A DNA stretch of 64,000 bases from Callorhinchus milii. Its lineage: Eukaryota. Position 1 is the stretch's first letter. Every line of letters starts with the position of its first letter. The position numbers were made by a program, and so were the translations under genes. A model generated the notes under the pieces. It made no database searches and was not told the DNA's origin. It saw only the letters and a program-made list of their open reading frames with translations. Below, piece after piece: positions 41,987 through 55,525 of the stretch. The stretch covers positions 14,262,001-14,326,000 of the forward strand of contig NW_024704742.1 in the NCBI RefSeq assembly GCF_018977255.1, given 5' to 3'.

Positions 41987-42078
41987 AATAAATGGTAACT
42001 TAATTTGGTCAGCATAAAGTCATAAAAAGCAATGTTAAATAGTAAGGAGAGACATTCATAATAAAAAAATTTAATAAA
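41987..42078 (+). promoter_or_regulatory. Candidate proximal polyadenylation signal cluster for NDST3
   Basis: AATAAA at 41987, 42060 and 42073, about 2 kb after the stop codon. Confidence 0.45.
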
Positions 42079-45000
42079 ACCTTTTTCAGTTCATGTATAT
42101 GAAATCTGTTCTGACATTAACAGATCAAAGAGCTATCTGCTATATACAAAATTATTTTAGGATACAACAGGGTCTATTTTATGGCATTCCCAAACCAGAT
42201 TTGTTGTGTTAATTCCAGCTTCCAGTTTGCAATGTCCAGTTACATAGAATGATAAAGCTAGGAAACAGGCCATTCCCACCAATTAATTAATGTCAGTGTT
42301 TATATGCCACATGAGTCCTTACCCCCATTCCTGTGTCACAACTGCACAATTCATGGCCAGCGAGCATTGAATCCCAAGTCGACAAATTCCAAATATAATC
42401 TCAGTGAGTAAAACAATGGCCATTCCCCAGAAGGTGGAAATAACAACAAATACAGTTTGTAAATGTCACAAATTGGACCCCAGAGTGGATTTCAATGAAT
42501 TTAGAGGTGCTATTTATTTCATTTCTTGCACTGTCTTTATGGCAGGTTTTGCCTTAGGAACACATAAACCGTCTGGTTTTATAAAAGTACAAATTTTGCT
42601 TTGATGTTATCTTAACTATTATTTTATCTCTGGTAAAATCTTGTGCTATACCAGATTTGGTTACAAAGAGGCACTTAAAGTGTCGGCACACTATTTTATA
42701 TTTTCCAAGTTGGACCATGTTAATGATGTTTCAAAATATGGTCACTGACCTAGCACTATAACAAGATCATTCTAGATTTTCTAACTTAAAGGCTTCCTTT
42801 GTGGTCAAATTTGTCCTGGTGTTTGCAAAGTTAGGCCAGATTCCCGCTTCTAGATCACTTCAGCACTCTTTACCTGTAATGTGTGAGTGTGGCAGGTAGG
42901 TGAGGAGAGGTCAGCCTTGGTGTGATGCTCTCTCTGAGTCAAATGGTTTCCCAATACTCACTGCAAAGGCTCACACACATGGAAAATGACTAATGTAAAG
43001 AAACCAAAGCCCACAAGAGCTGCACCTCAGCATAAGGAGGCTGAGACATATGCCAAAGGAGGAACAGAGCATAAAGCCATATGTCAATGGGGAGAAAAAA
43101 TAAAAATTATTGGACACACTAAAACATAATAAATATCCTCCTGAAGTCGAAAGAAACAGTGACCACTATCTAATTTAAACATTTAAAAATAGATTTTACT
43201 TTAAACTATAAAATAGGAGATATCTCCAGCAAATTCACATCCCACCTCCCAAGCCCCCCTTACAACAACAACAAGATTCCATTTATAAAAATAGTGAAAC
43301 GCTGACTTTGACATGTTATCAGTGCCAGAAGTCACTTTATGAAGTATGATAGTGCAGTCTAAACCTGGATATTTCAATATTTCAGTCAGGATTCCTTAAT
43401 AACATAACCGGAAGCACATAACACTGAACTGCAGGAACGCCGCCCTGAGGTGATTTACTTTTGGAGTTCCTGCAAGTCAGAGTGACGTGTTACTTACTGT
43501 TATCTAAAGGGGTCCTCACTGGGATTCCCTAGTCATGAAATGCTGTATGAAATCACTGTGTTTTGAACACCCACACTCGCCTGTATCACTGAGTATTGTG
43601 GCACAAATGGGGGGCGGCGTTCTTGAGTAAAAGCAGAGGGTTGACACACTCTGAGATTGCACTGCTCCTCGTACAAGCATTAAATAAGGCTCAAGAAATA
43701 TGGCAGTGCAGGACAATTATAGACTGAAATCACAGTCTTAGCAACTTGGGACTATACTTATGTTAACTTTATATTAACGTTCGATGCTATCCATAAGATA
43801 AGCCTACCTTAGGAACCAACAATGCATATTTCATTCATCCAATTTTTTTAGAGTTCTACTTTTAAGTGTTTGGTATTAATTTATTGTGTCATTCACATTG
43901 AATGAAATTAAAAGCTGGAGATTTTTTTCTCGAGATCTGAAAATTGCCGAATTGTAGTTTCCCTGACTCAAAATTGCATGAATCAGCTAGGATAGTTTGG
44001 TTAGAGTTTAGTTATATACCCCATTTCTTTTCAAACAGCTTCACTCAGCATTAATAGATTTCTGTGAGTACATATAGCAAGTTACTAAGCTGGTTATTCA
44101 CCACAAAAAATAATGGAGAGGTCAATTTTGAAATTGAACTTTTTGTGCACAAAGAGCATTATGCTTATATCTCTGAACCTCTGGCTTTTCCCTCTCCCCC
44201 CCAAAAAAGCAGGACTATTCTCTACAATTGTGCTTGATTATCTTTTAGGTTAAGCGAGTAATTATTCAGAGCTCTCCCCCAGGAGACAAGGTGAGCAGGT
44301 GAAGTTAGTCTTTTTTTGGTTAATGGGAGGAGCAATGTAATGGTCCAAGTGCTCTTTTCCTATTCCTAGTGATACAAATATATGATGTTCTTAAACACGG
44401 CGTTGATGTACAAATTATGGGGGATATCTTGGCAGATGACGTAAAGCATACATGTATATCAAAGCACCTAACTAAATTCAGTTATAAAAAACATAATCCA
44501 TTGGAATAATTTTCAAAAGGTTCTCAAGAAATATTCTGGTGATTGTTTCAGTATTTATGTAATTGAGCAGAGGACACGAGTCAAGGTCTCCGACAATGGA
44601 GCTTTGAAGTGCACAGGAAATGAATGTACAGCCAGACACTCTGCACCAGAGAAAAACCTGACCTTTTCCCCCATGTAATGTGGGACATTTGAGAGGTTGC
44701 GCACTGCCTCATTAATAACCTGTTTGTTCAGACCATAACAGTAAGCATATATTGGATGTGACTGTGTTGTTCAATTGATTCACATGAATAATGACATTAG
44801 TGAAAATGCATTGCTCAGTGCTATCACCGCAAAATATTTGAGTTTTTCATGACTAATTTCCCAGCAGCTAGCGTTTTTATCAATGCAACAAATCTGGCTC
44901 CTGTGGTATGTGGCAGTTTCAAAATTGCTGGTGGGTATTGAAGAATAACAGAATGTCTGTTCAGTCGGACATCTTCTTGATAATGGTGACAAATCAGTGT

Positions 45001-46439
45001 CAAACTGTGCTGTATTATGGTGCATCAAAGTAAAGTTTGCATATATACATTATCCAATGCCACAAACTTTAACATTAATCTCAGTAGCTTTGCCAGCCAT
45101 TTTTGTTACTGGTCATATCAAATCAGTGAGATTGGACAATGGTAGAACTATGAAGTGGTGTTCAAGTAGTGATCGGAAGTGTTCAATATAAGCAGTGAGC
45201 ATGAAGGGATAGTGGGAGCTTTTGCTCAGTTAAAGTGGCTTGGCACGCCAGTCACACTTTGGCATGTGGAATAGATGCAGGGGTTGAAACAATTCAAAAA
45301 GCTCTACCTAACCACAACCATTTTCAGCCCCATTTTATTGGGTATACAACCTTCTGCAAAACAAATGGAATTTGTCTTCATCTGACCCTGAATTCAGGTT
45401 GGAGTGTTATCATTTATTTCCATACATGTACATTTTTTTGTCCCTATTTGGCTGTTTCTTTGCTGCACACCACCTCGTTACAACAACAACTTGCATTTAT
45501 ACAGCCCCTTTCACGCAGGGTGAAGTGAATGAGGTTAGAATAAAGCTCTTAAATAAATTGATATTTTATCCAGCCTTTGACAGCTCCGGATATATTTTCT
45601 ATTGCTGTCATTTAGCGTCACTGAAATTGTTTAAGTAAAAACGTGGAATTTTATATGAACAGGTCAATTATTAGTTGTTATATTTTCAGAGTTTGAAATG
45701 ACACTCCAAATTTCAAAATTTACCACTCCATTATTTGTTGTGTTTTCTTGAAATGTGCTGAAGTTCTATTTTAAACTGTATCATCAGTGTACTTTAAAGG
45801 CAGTAAACATAAACTCTCTGATATACACAAAAAGTGTTGTGTATAAAAAATGTGTGTTTGCAGTTGTGCGTGGCGTGTGCTGGAGGAATTGAGATCAAAT
45901 CAAAATGTACTTTTTTGAGACTCAGTGTAATACAAATTGGGGTGTATGTACATCTACATGTAGACGATCTGCAAAGTCAGTTCTGGTAAACCATTGGTTT
46001 GTGTACTACAGTTTAATAACCTGCATTTAGTTTGATGATTAACTGCCTGTGTAAAATAAATAAATCAACTGTTTCATTTGTGTAATTGCTCCCTAATTAT
46101 GTTTTAATCTCCATTGAAATGTTTGGCACTGAGCATTTTGTGGGGGCGGCAATGGAGTTCAAGCAGAGTGGCCTGTTATGTACTTCATAATCTAGGACTT
46201 TTGTCCAATGACAGATAATGTGTTCAGTTGGTAGCACTCTCACTCTCACCTTTGGGTCAGAAGGCTTTGATTTCACTGTGCAGTGCTGGGAGAGCACTGC
46301 AATGTTGAAGCGGTCATTCTTCAGATGAGACAACAATCCAAGGTTGAATCTGCTAGTTCAGGTGGATGTTAAAGATTCCATGGCGTTATTTGTAAAGAGA
46401 AAGGAGTCTCTCCCAGTACCTTGATCAACAATCCTCCAG

Positions 46440-47070
46440 ATAATTGATCCTTCATTTCACTCGCCTCCGACCGTACCTTACCCCTGACGAAGCCAAAACA
46501 TTCGCTCATGCTTCCTCACCTCCAGACTCAATTTCTCAAATGCCATCTTTGTCAGTCTCCCCAGCTCCACCATGCACATGATCCAGCTGATCCAAAACTC
46601 CGTCGCTGACATACTCAATTGCACTAAACTCTGTATCCCCATCACACCAGTTCTAGCCAGGCTCCGCTGGCTCCTTATCGCCGAATAGATCTATTTCAAG
46701 ATCCTCACACTTGTTTTCAAATCCCTTCATGCCCTGACACCTACCCACTTCTCCTATCTGCTTACACTCCCAACCCACAACCCACTTCCTCCGCTTGACT
46801 GGTTCCGGCATCCTGCATGTCCCTCGTGCCCTCCACTCCACCACCTGTGGCCGTACTTTCTGAGACGATGCCCCAAAACTCTGGAACATTCTTCCTCTAT
46901 CCTTCTGCCTTGACCCTTCCTTCCCCATCTTCAGATCGTGCTGAAGACTTTCCTATTCGACCGTGATTGCGGTCACCTCCACCTCCCCTTGGCTCGGGGT
47001 CATGCTTCGCCAAGCGTTCTGGGACGCTACCCTGCATGAGGGGCGCTATATAAATGTAAGTTGTTTTGCA
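46440..47070 (+). mobile_element. L2-clade LINE 3' fragment, preceded by a Deu-type SINE 5' part (about 46220-46440)
   Basis: Decayed L2 motifs (TSRL, IQNS, PITPVL, F-K-I-L, PKLWNILP, LKTFLF) and the gcgctatataaatgtaagttgtt tail. Confidence 0.8.
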
Positions 47071-48719
47071 AATTGATTTCCTTGTTCACCTACAATTACA
47101 TAGTTACAACACTTTACAAAAAATAGCTGTGAATCACTGAATGTTTCAATGTTTAGGCACTTTATCAAAATGTAAATAACGTAAGTATAAATTTTATGTA
47201 AATAATGTATCCATTAATGGATATGTGCCATGTGTGAACCATGTGTAAATCATGTGTAAGTTCATGTGTGCAGAGGGAATTACAGTTGCCTGTAATTATA
47301 TAATTAACAATCAATATAAAGGATTGGTTGGTAATTACATAATTAAGGGCACCTATAATTCCCTCTGTGTTTATGTATTTACACATGTATTTATACATGG
47401 TTTACAAATGGCATATAATAGTCCTCAATGTTAGGGACTGGAAAGTTACCAATTTTGGTTTCCGAGTAACCCAGTTCTCCGATTGACAACAAATTAACAT
47501 TCCTTACAATCTCAACATTAATAGCCCACTTAACAGCTCAGCTGTAAACTGGTGTTATCAGTGTAGCCACACTCTGATCTACCCTGATCCTGGGGAGATT
47601 GCTGATCATAGCCCCCCAAAAATTCAACCCTTGAAACATTTTAAGTAAAAATTGAAGATACCAAAATAAACCTCAGCTAAGATTAAGATAATTCTCTGAA
47701 AATACATCTTGATGGGATGTGAGGACAATCTGGCTTGGATAACCTGTGACCCGATTGATCTTTGGCTAATCTGGCTGGCTCGTGAGTGATCTCCATCCCT
47801 ACCATTTTCTCTTAGCCTCATGTGCATGCTTCCCAAAGCTCAGCACTCAGTCATAGGTGACAATCCCCTGGAATAAGGGCTTCTCCACCAGTTTAGAGTA
47901 TATGTTGTACGTCAACACAATTTTACTTTTAAGTAGCACCTTTTGCTTTGGGGGGATGTCTCATAGCACTTACCAGAGCTGACTGGGAACCCAAGCTGGG
48001 AGTGGGAAAGAGCAGTGGGATGAGGAAGGAGGGAAGGAAAGGTGTTTAAAACACAGTTGAAAAGAAAGGTCTTATGATGGGCTTTAAATATGGGAAGGTA
48101 GGTCTGGCGAGATGGAGGGAATTGAAGAAAAGCTTAACCACCGATGGTTGGATTAATGGGGGAAATGAAGTAGCTGATGTTACTCACTATTACACCAAAT
48201 CTCCAAGATCGTTTGTAGGATTAAGTAGGGAATTCAAGCTCCAAGATTGCAAATACAGCTAAGTAACCTGATTATCTATCTCTTTGATCATGATTTTGGC
48301 CACCTAAATAACACAATTACCCAATGCTGCATATTTAAAGGAGATGCCATAAACAGCATTGCATTTGGATTAGTTAAGATCCTAGACTTTGTAATACAAG
48401 GACCTTCATCTGAATAAAGAAAGTATTCGAATTTGTGAAAATTTGAAAAAAAAGATTTGCTACAAAAGGAACATATTAGATATTACATGAAATTATATAG
48501 TAAGTTATATAGGAAGGGAAAAGGCTATTCGGTCCATCTAGTCCATGACCCCATTGATCTTGTCCACCCCTCCTAATCTCCTCTCCATTCCCTCTACTCT
48601 CATATGTCAAATCAGTGACAGCAAGTTATGAGTACAACTTGATCCCTGCCAATATAGAGAATCAATAAGCTGATCATTTCTGGGACTAGATTACAATACA
48701 ACCTTGAAGATTGCATCAA

Positions 48720-49867
48720 TTTTTTTTTGGTCAGCTAGATGTCTAACACATGCGGAGATCCAGCACCTTGCTTAAGAGTACCCAAACCAAGCTGAGATTT
48801 CCATGCATTTTTCTATTTCCACCCAGCGAGTTGTTCGGCTTGGGAACGCGTTACCTTAAAGGGTAGTGGAAGCCAATTCAATAACAACTTTTAAGAGAGA
48901 AGTAGATGGGTATTTGGGGAGGATAGGATTGTAGGGCAATGGAGAGAAAGTGGGCCAGTGGGATTGAGTTGGATTGCTCTTTTCGGAGCTGGTGCAGACA
49001 CGATAGGCCGAATGGCCTCTTTCTGTGCTGTATGATTCTATGATTCTATCCCACCTGCACATGGAAATTCCAGGGATAGATTGGTGGAAAGGAATGTGCA
49101 CTCTCTCCCTGGAGGGATGCATCCTGCTGACCTAATTCTGGAAAGTATTAAACACAGGTTGGCAAGAACCAAGGCTTGGGGACCTTAGAGTGTGGGTTGG
49201 ATACTTCTAGAGTCTGACCAGCTAAAACCGCATAGCTTGCCATTGATATCGATGTCTGGCAAGCTTTCCTGCTGCTTGTCCAGGTAGGATCCCACTAGGT
49301 CTTTGGCTTAAAGGGTTAACAGGAGCTGAATGGGATGATTCCTTGCCCCCAGAGACTGGTCTGCCCTTCCACCTCCTGCTGATGAGCCAGGCTGGGCTGT
49401 GCTGTCATCAGCAGTACAATGGAATACTGCAGACCCGCCTGGCCCAGGAACCAGACTACCAAGACTGCCACAGAAGGGTGGGTCGATTCCGGCATTTCGT
49501 TGCCAAGCATTTCACCTTGGAGCCAGTTCAGCTTCTAGGAGATCTCGCTTACCTCCCCCCCAAGGAGAATAGTGTCTAGTTGATTGTTCGACATCTGACA
49601 AGCGCGGGTTTGAGCCCTCATTAGGTGGATGGTAGGTACCAGGAACACCCTGTGACCTTCCAGGTGGTGGGCAACACATCTCAACATGAAATGCCTGAGA
49701 GCATTGCCACCAACTTCCTGTCCGCAGCTCGGACACACATCCATTCCTATTGAGCGATGGTTCCATCAACTGGAGATGTGGAGTTTAAGCAACAGCTGCT
49801 TGCGTTTCTGCAAACCAGTCAAGGCGGATTCCAGGTGCTTGATGTATTTAACATCTCCATGCTGAAG
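48720..49867 (-). mobile_element. Unclassified LINE-like family, longest copy (copy 4), with CCHC zinc knuckle
   Basis: Minus frame ...QLLLKLHISS*WNHRSIGMDVCPSCGQEVGGNALRHFMLRC...LDTILLGG; poly(A) tail appears as a T-run at 48720-48728. Confidence 0.7.
48812..49050 (+). mobile_element. CR1 3' end nested in copy 4 of the unclassified LINE
   Basis: ggccgaatggcctctttctgtgctgta followed by a (TGATTCTA)n tail; host sequence resumes on both sides. Confidence 0.8.
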
Positions 49868-51385
49868 TTAATACTGAACACAATTTAAATTTGCAGATAT
49901 ACATCTGTGAATTAAATCTCCCTTAATTTCATATCTATCTCTGATTTTTAAAATAAATCCCTCTTCAATAGAATTGTGCAGAAAATTGCTTTTTGCAGCG
50001 ATGTCAGAACAAAAAGGTGCTAAAGACCTCAGGTTAATCTTTCCAGTTAAATGTGCCTGTTTGAGGGATGGTGTGGCCTTATAGCACACAGCAGCATCAC
50101 AGAGCAGTCAAATACACATTTGCATCTGTCATTTGCCACATGGGGAGGATTTAATCTCAGCTGCTTTCTGATAGGAAAGAAGGGAGTCTGATGCTGTGTT
50201 GATAATGCTGAAGGCATACAGCAATGTGTAACAAGAAGATTTATGCTGGATTTATGCTATCTGCTCCATAACCCTTTCAATTTGGCTTGAGAGCACACAA
50301 TTTTGTCAATCTATATTGGAGAACACCAAACACCAAAAGAGAACACCAAAATCATGTGATTTTAAAACTGTTGAGGAGGTTTCATTGAAATGGTTTCTTT
50401 AATATGCTAAATGTGCTCCTTTCAAATTTCCTGAGATGGACACCAAACAGCTTTGAGTGGACCACAGGGGAAGTGCATTCAGTGCATTTCCTAGCTTTTT
50501 GCATTGATACACTTTGGGTGTGAATCACATTGCTCCTGAGATCACCTTCTTCCCCAGGTGTGATTCACATTGTCATTCACAACATCTGAGGTCCCATTTA
50601 TAACCTTGAAAGCAAATGGTAGCCCAAATCATGATGATTCGCCTCCAAATATGCAATACAAATACAGCATTTTCTTATGTAAACCCAAGCACCACAGCAC
50701 ATAATAGTAATAATCATATCATTGGAAAAGTTCAGTGAAAATGCTGCTGTTGTTACTTTCAAAACCAACATCGAATTTATCAAAAAATGCACTATAAAAA
50801 AAATTGCATGGCCAATTTATTACTGCAAGGCAACTGGAATTGATAAAGAATGTTACAGCGGAGAACCTACCTTCAATTGTCAATGAGGAATTTCTACAGC
50901 TATATTTTGAATGCCCCCAGAACGGATTTGCACTAGTGTTGCAACAAGTTTCATTTGATAATAATAATGATATCATTTGATATAGCGCCTTTTCATCTTC
51001 GAGACGCCTCAAAGTGCTTCACAGAAGCGTTGATACAGCACATGTAACATTGAAATGAATTAAAATGCTTTCCAGTAATTACTGTCATGTCTAGTGACTG
51101 TGTACTTGTAGGCAGACAGCATATTTGCACACGGCAATGTCCCACAAACAGCCATAAATTAAATAATTTATTTATTTGGAGGTTGGTTTCCAGGGATTGT
51201 TAACTTCTCTTTTTGAATAATGTTGTGGGATCTTAACATCCACCGGAACAGATAGATGGAACCTTTGACAATCCCCAGGACTTCATTGAAGTATCAACCT
51301 AGACTGTGAGCTCAAAGTCGCTTTCCACAATAATTCATGCAGTCAGGCATATGCATCATTCTGCATCACACTTGCATGGTTGCAT

Positions 51386-51699
51386 GGAGTCCTGTAGCGC
51401 TTTGCAAGTGAGAGACCTGAGTTCAATTCCAGGCAGAGGGCGAAACCTTGGGCAAGTTTCCTTACTCCACACGCCTAATAATAATCCCTCCAAAACCAAA
51501 AACAATAATAAAATTGGTCATTTTCAATCTACGACCGTTTGTGGGACATTGCTGTGCGCAATTGGCTGCCGCATTCGTCCACAAATATACAGTCAATTCA
51601 CTTTTCAGTATATTCTGTGAAGCGCTTTGGGACGTCTAGAAGACATGAAAAGCGCTATGTCAAATGCAAGGATTATTATATTATCGTTATTATTATTAT
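51386..51699 (+). mobile_element. tRNA-derived SINE with an 18-bp deletion removing most of the A box
   Basis: cctgtagc^gctttgcaag versus cctgtagctcagtggttagagcactcgctttgcaag at 24071. Confidence 0.9.
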
Positions 51700-53004
51700 G
51701 GTTGCATTGGTGCACCGGCACTCAAAGGATTAGAGGGAAAATTGAAGTGCTACTAAGTACAGGCCAACATAACCCTGCAACAGCTGTCTACGCAGTAAAG
51801 TGCTGAATAACAGAAGTGTTACCATTCTGCTGCCCTAGTGAACATGGAACAACCATAACCAACAAACCGTCTGTAGTGAAATGATCTTCCAATATCATTT
51901 CTTAACAGATATCTTTACAGTATAATTTCTTAACAAAATTCCTTTGGAAGAAAGCTGAGTTCTAAAAAGAAGATTCTTGGTAACCAGCAATAAGTCACAA
52001 CAAATTGAGAGAATACTGCTCCGAGACAATTTACTTCCAGACTAAGGGTCTTACAGCACTTCTTATTATAGCCCCAGCTGCCTCTGTTTAGAAGATGAAT
52101 GATGTGCAGATTGCTACAGCCTTTCCTCTCAGTTTGAGGAGATGCTTTATAGGTTCCATGTCAATAAAATGCATTTGATAAATTAATACGAACAATATAG
52201 TAGTTGTTCAGCTGGTAAGAAGCTCTTGCTCCTGGGCAAGTGTTTCATCATGTACATCAAAGAAGCTAAACATAGAGGAAAGAAAAACAAACTGTAAAGC
52301 CTCACGAACTAAGTGTTACCAATTTTTTCCTCCAGTGATGTTTTGACCTCACAAGATCATAAAATCACAAGATTAGTTAGGATGAAGAAGGCCCTTTGGC
52401 CTATCTGAGTTCATCACTATAGAATACTCACCCTCCTCTCCTCCCATCACAACATCAAGCTGCTTTTTAAATGAGTTCAGTGACTTGGCCGGAGTTTCTC
52501 TTCCTAGCTATCCATTCCAGTTGTTAATTATCCTCAGGGTAAAGAAAATCTTCTTGGTGTCTGTCCTGACTTTGCCTTTTGCAACTCTAAACCTACATCT
52601 TCTTGTTCAACTCTCTCGGTGTTTCCCAAAGTGTTGGTTTACCTTTTCAATCCCATTTAACATTTTACATACTGCTATGGATTTGCATCATTCTCTGTTT
52701 ATTCTAAAGGCCTACATTTTTTGTGGCCTCATTCTTAAAAACACTAATTGACTTAAAATTTAAGATGGTTCAGAAATTTAGCAAAAGTTTCCCAAAAATG
52801 ACTGTCAATGGCCGTGGCTATCTTTGTAGGCAATTTGCACACAGCCAGGTCACATAAACAGCCATGCGATGAGTGAGCAATTAATTTGGAAAATTGTTGG
52901 ACAGAACCTCTGGGAGAAACACCCATCTCCTTTCAAATTGTGTTATGGGATCCTGATCAGCGTTACTGACTCCTATGGTCACCAATGTTCAGTCAGATAA
53001 TACA

Positions 53005-54090
53005 TTAGAATATACAGCACAGAATCAGGCCATTCAGCCCAACTGGTCTATGCTCCACATGAGCCTCCTTCTGCCCTTCCTCAACTAAGCCTTCAAGCAT
53101 AATCTTCTATTCCTTTCTCCCTCATGTACCTATCTAGCTTCCCCTTAAATACATCTAAGTTATTCGCCTCAACTACTCCTTGTGGCAACAAATTCCACAT
53201 TCCCACCACTCTCTGGGTAAAGAAGTTTCTTCTGATTTCCCTATTTGATTTATTGGTGACAATTTTATATTGATGGCTCCTGGTTTTGGTCTTCCCGACA
53301 AGTGGAAACATCTTCTCTATGTCTACCCTATCAAAACCTTTCATCATTTTAAAGACCTCTATTAGGTCATCCCTCACCCTTCTCATTTCAAGAGAAGAGT
53401 CCAAGCTTGTTCAGCCTTTCCTGATGAGTATAACCTTGCAGTTCCAGTATCATCTTTGTAAATGTCCTTTGCACCTTCTCCAGTGCTTCTATATCCTTTC
53501 TATAATATGGGGACCAGAACTGCTCACAGTACTAAGTGTGGTCTAACCAAGGTTCTGTAGAGGTTTACCATAACATCCCTGCTTTTCATTTCTATCCCTC
53601 TAGAAATGAACCCCAACGCTGGTTTGCAATTTTTATGGCCTTATTAACCTGAGTTGCTACTTTTAGTGAATTGTGTATGTGTACCTCTAGATCCCTTTGC
53701 TCCTCTACCACATTTAGGTTTCTATTTTCCAGGCAGTATGTGACTTCCTTATTCCTCCTAACAAAATGTGCCCCTCACACTTTTCTATATTGAAATGCAT
53801 TTGCCAATTAAATGCCCACTCAGCAAGTTCATTAATGTCTTGTAATTTGTAGCAGTCCCCCTCAATATTATCTACACTATGGTGTTGCCCGCAAATTTTT
53901 AAATTGTACTTTTGATCCCCGAGTCCAAATCATTAACGCAAATTGTGAACGACAGTGGTCCCAATACCGATCCTTTGTGGAACACCCTCTGCCAGACTGA
54001 ATAGCTACCCTTTCCATCTACTCTCTGCTTACTGTCTTGTAGCCAGTTTGCTATTCATTCTGCTACTTTTCCCCTGACTCCATATGCTCT
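53005..54090 (-). mobile_element. CR1-clade LINE 3' fragment
   Basis: Minus ORF SLEMRRVRDDLIEVFKMMKGFDRVD...RNFFTQRVVGMWNLLP; CR1 3' UTR. Confidence 0.92.
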
Positions 54091-55427
54091 ATAATAATAT
54101 AATTCTGTGTCTAAATATCTTGTTCAGGAATTTAAGAGGAAGATATGTATTTTGAATATATACCCAGACACAGTACTCATTGAAAATTACTGGGCTTGAT
54201 GTTACTGGGCGATCATGGTATTTTTGCTTGTGCCATTGTAAGGGATTTTAATTTGGTTGACAGTAGAATCTAATATTCCAATTCCATTCCTAACATCACA
54301 AAAACAACACATTTACTTTTTTTTTAAAAGAAAATAATAGATTGGAAGAGGCACTTACATCTCTGCCAGATTATCCAGAAGACACGATGCTAAATATATT
54401 CAATGCTGTTTTTTAGACGTGTATTCACACAGTGAAATATATCTGGTACTTTCAGTTACATTTGGCCACATGCCCAGCAATAATATTGAGGGCAAAGCAA
54501 GAATGGTTGAACATGTGTCACCACAATCATTTACTAAGGATCTTTTTTATTAAAAAAAAGTAAGTTGGAAAAACAATATTTTGAATAGAATCTTATTTTT
54601 AGATGTTGAGATACATTAGCTAGTATTAACTGGTAATGTGATAAAAAATTCTTTAGACATTTTGCATTGTCAACATTCAATGACTCGGGTTAGCAATTCC
54701 CAATGGCAATGAATTTTAAGGCTGCTTTTTTCAAGAGGGTTTAAAAGGGAATATATTTAATTTTATATCAGAGCAAATTCAAGTTTAATAATCACTAATT
54801 GGGAGATGACTTACACCATAATTAAAAAATAATTAAAATAACCTCTTGTCTATGACTACAGTTTGTGTGAAGTGCTAAGAGTTAGTATTAATGCAAAGGA
54901 GTAGTAGAGATCAATAAAGTAAAACAACAAGCACGTAAATCATTCACACCCACTTTATTCCACTCAAATGAACTGATATTCCATTGAGGATGCTTGGTTT
55001 CCTCTAATCTGACTCTGTCTGTGCATTCAGTGACCCATGAGACAGAATAGCTGGTGCTGGAGTTTAATCCAGTGTGATTTTCATCCCCGAACGTGTGTTG
55101 AAATTGCTGAATAAAACATCTGCTGCATAACAGTTCAGAAAGTGTATGTGGGCTGTCGATCTGTTCAAAACCGAGCAATCATTTACAGTTAAAGGTTTAT
55201 TTTTAATTTCCCAGAATGAATTACTTAACAACATGTAAAGTGCTCAGCAGAGTGTCTCATTGCCTAACATTCACAGCCCACATGGTAGAGTCGACGCTTA
55301 CATATTCTGTTCGAAATTTGTACTTTTTAGCAACTCACAACAATCTGTACTAAGATGAGCAAATGTTAATTATTTTCCGGAAAAAAAAACAAGTTCTGGC
55401 TATAAAATTCCAAAGTCTCATTAATTA

Positions 55428-55525
55428 GGAGCAGGAAAACTTGCCCAACATTTCACTGTGCCGGGAATCCAACCCGAGACTCTCGTTTGCGAGGCAAGCG
55501 CTCTAACCACTGAGCTCCAGGACTA
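55428..55525 (-). mobile_element. Isolated tRNA-derived SINE head
   Basis: gctctaaccactgagctccaggac is the reverse complement of the SINE A-box region. Confidence 0.8.
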
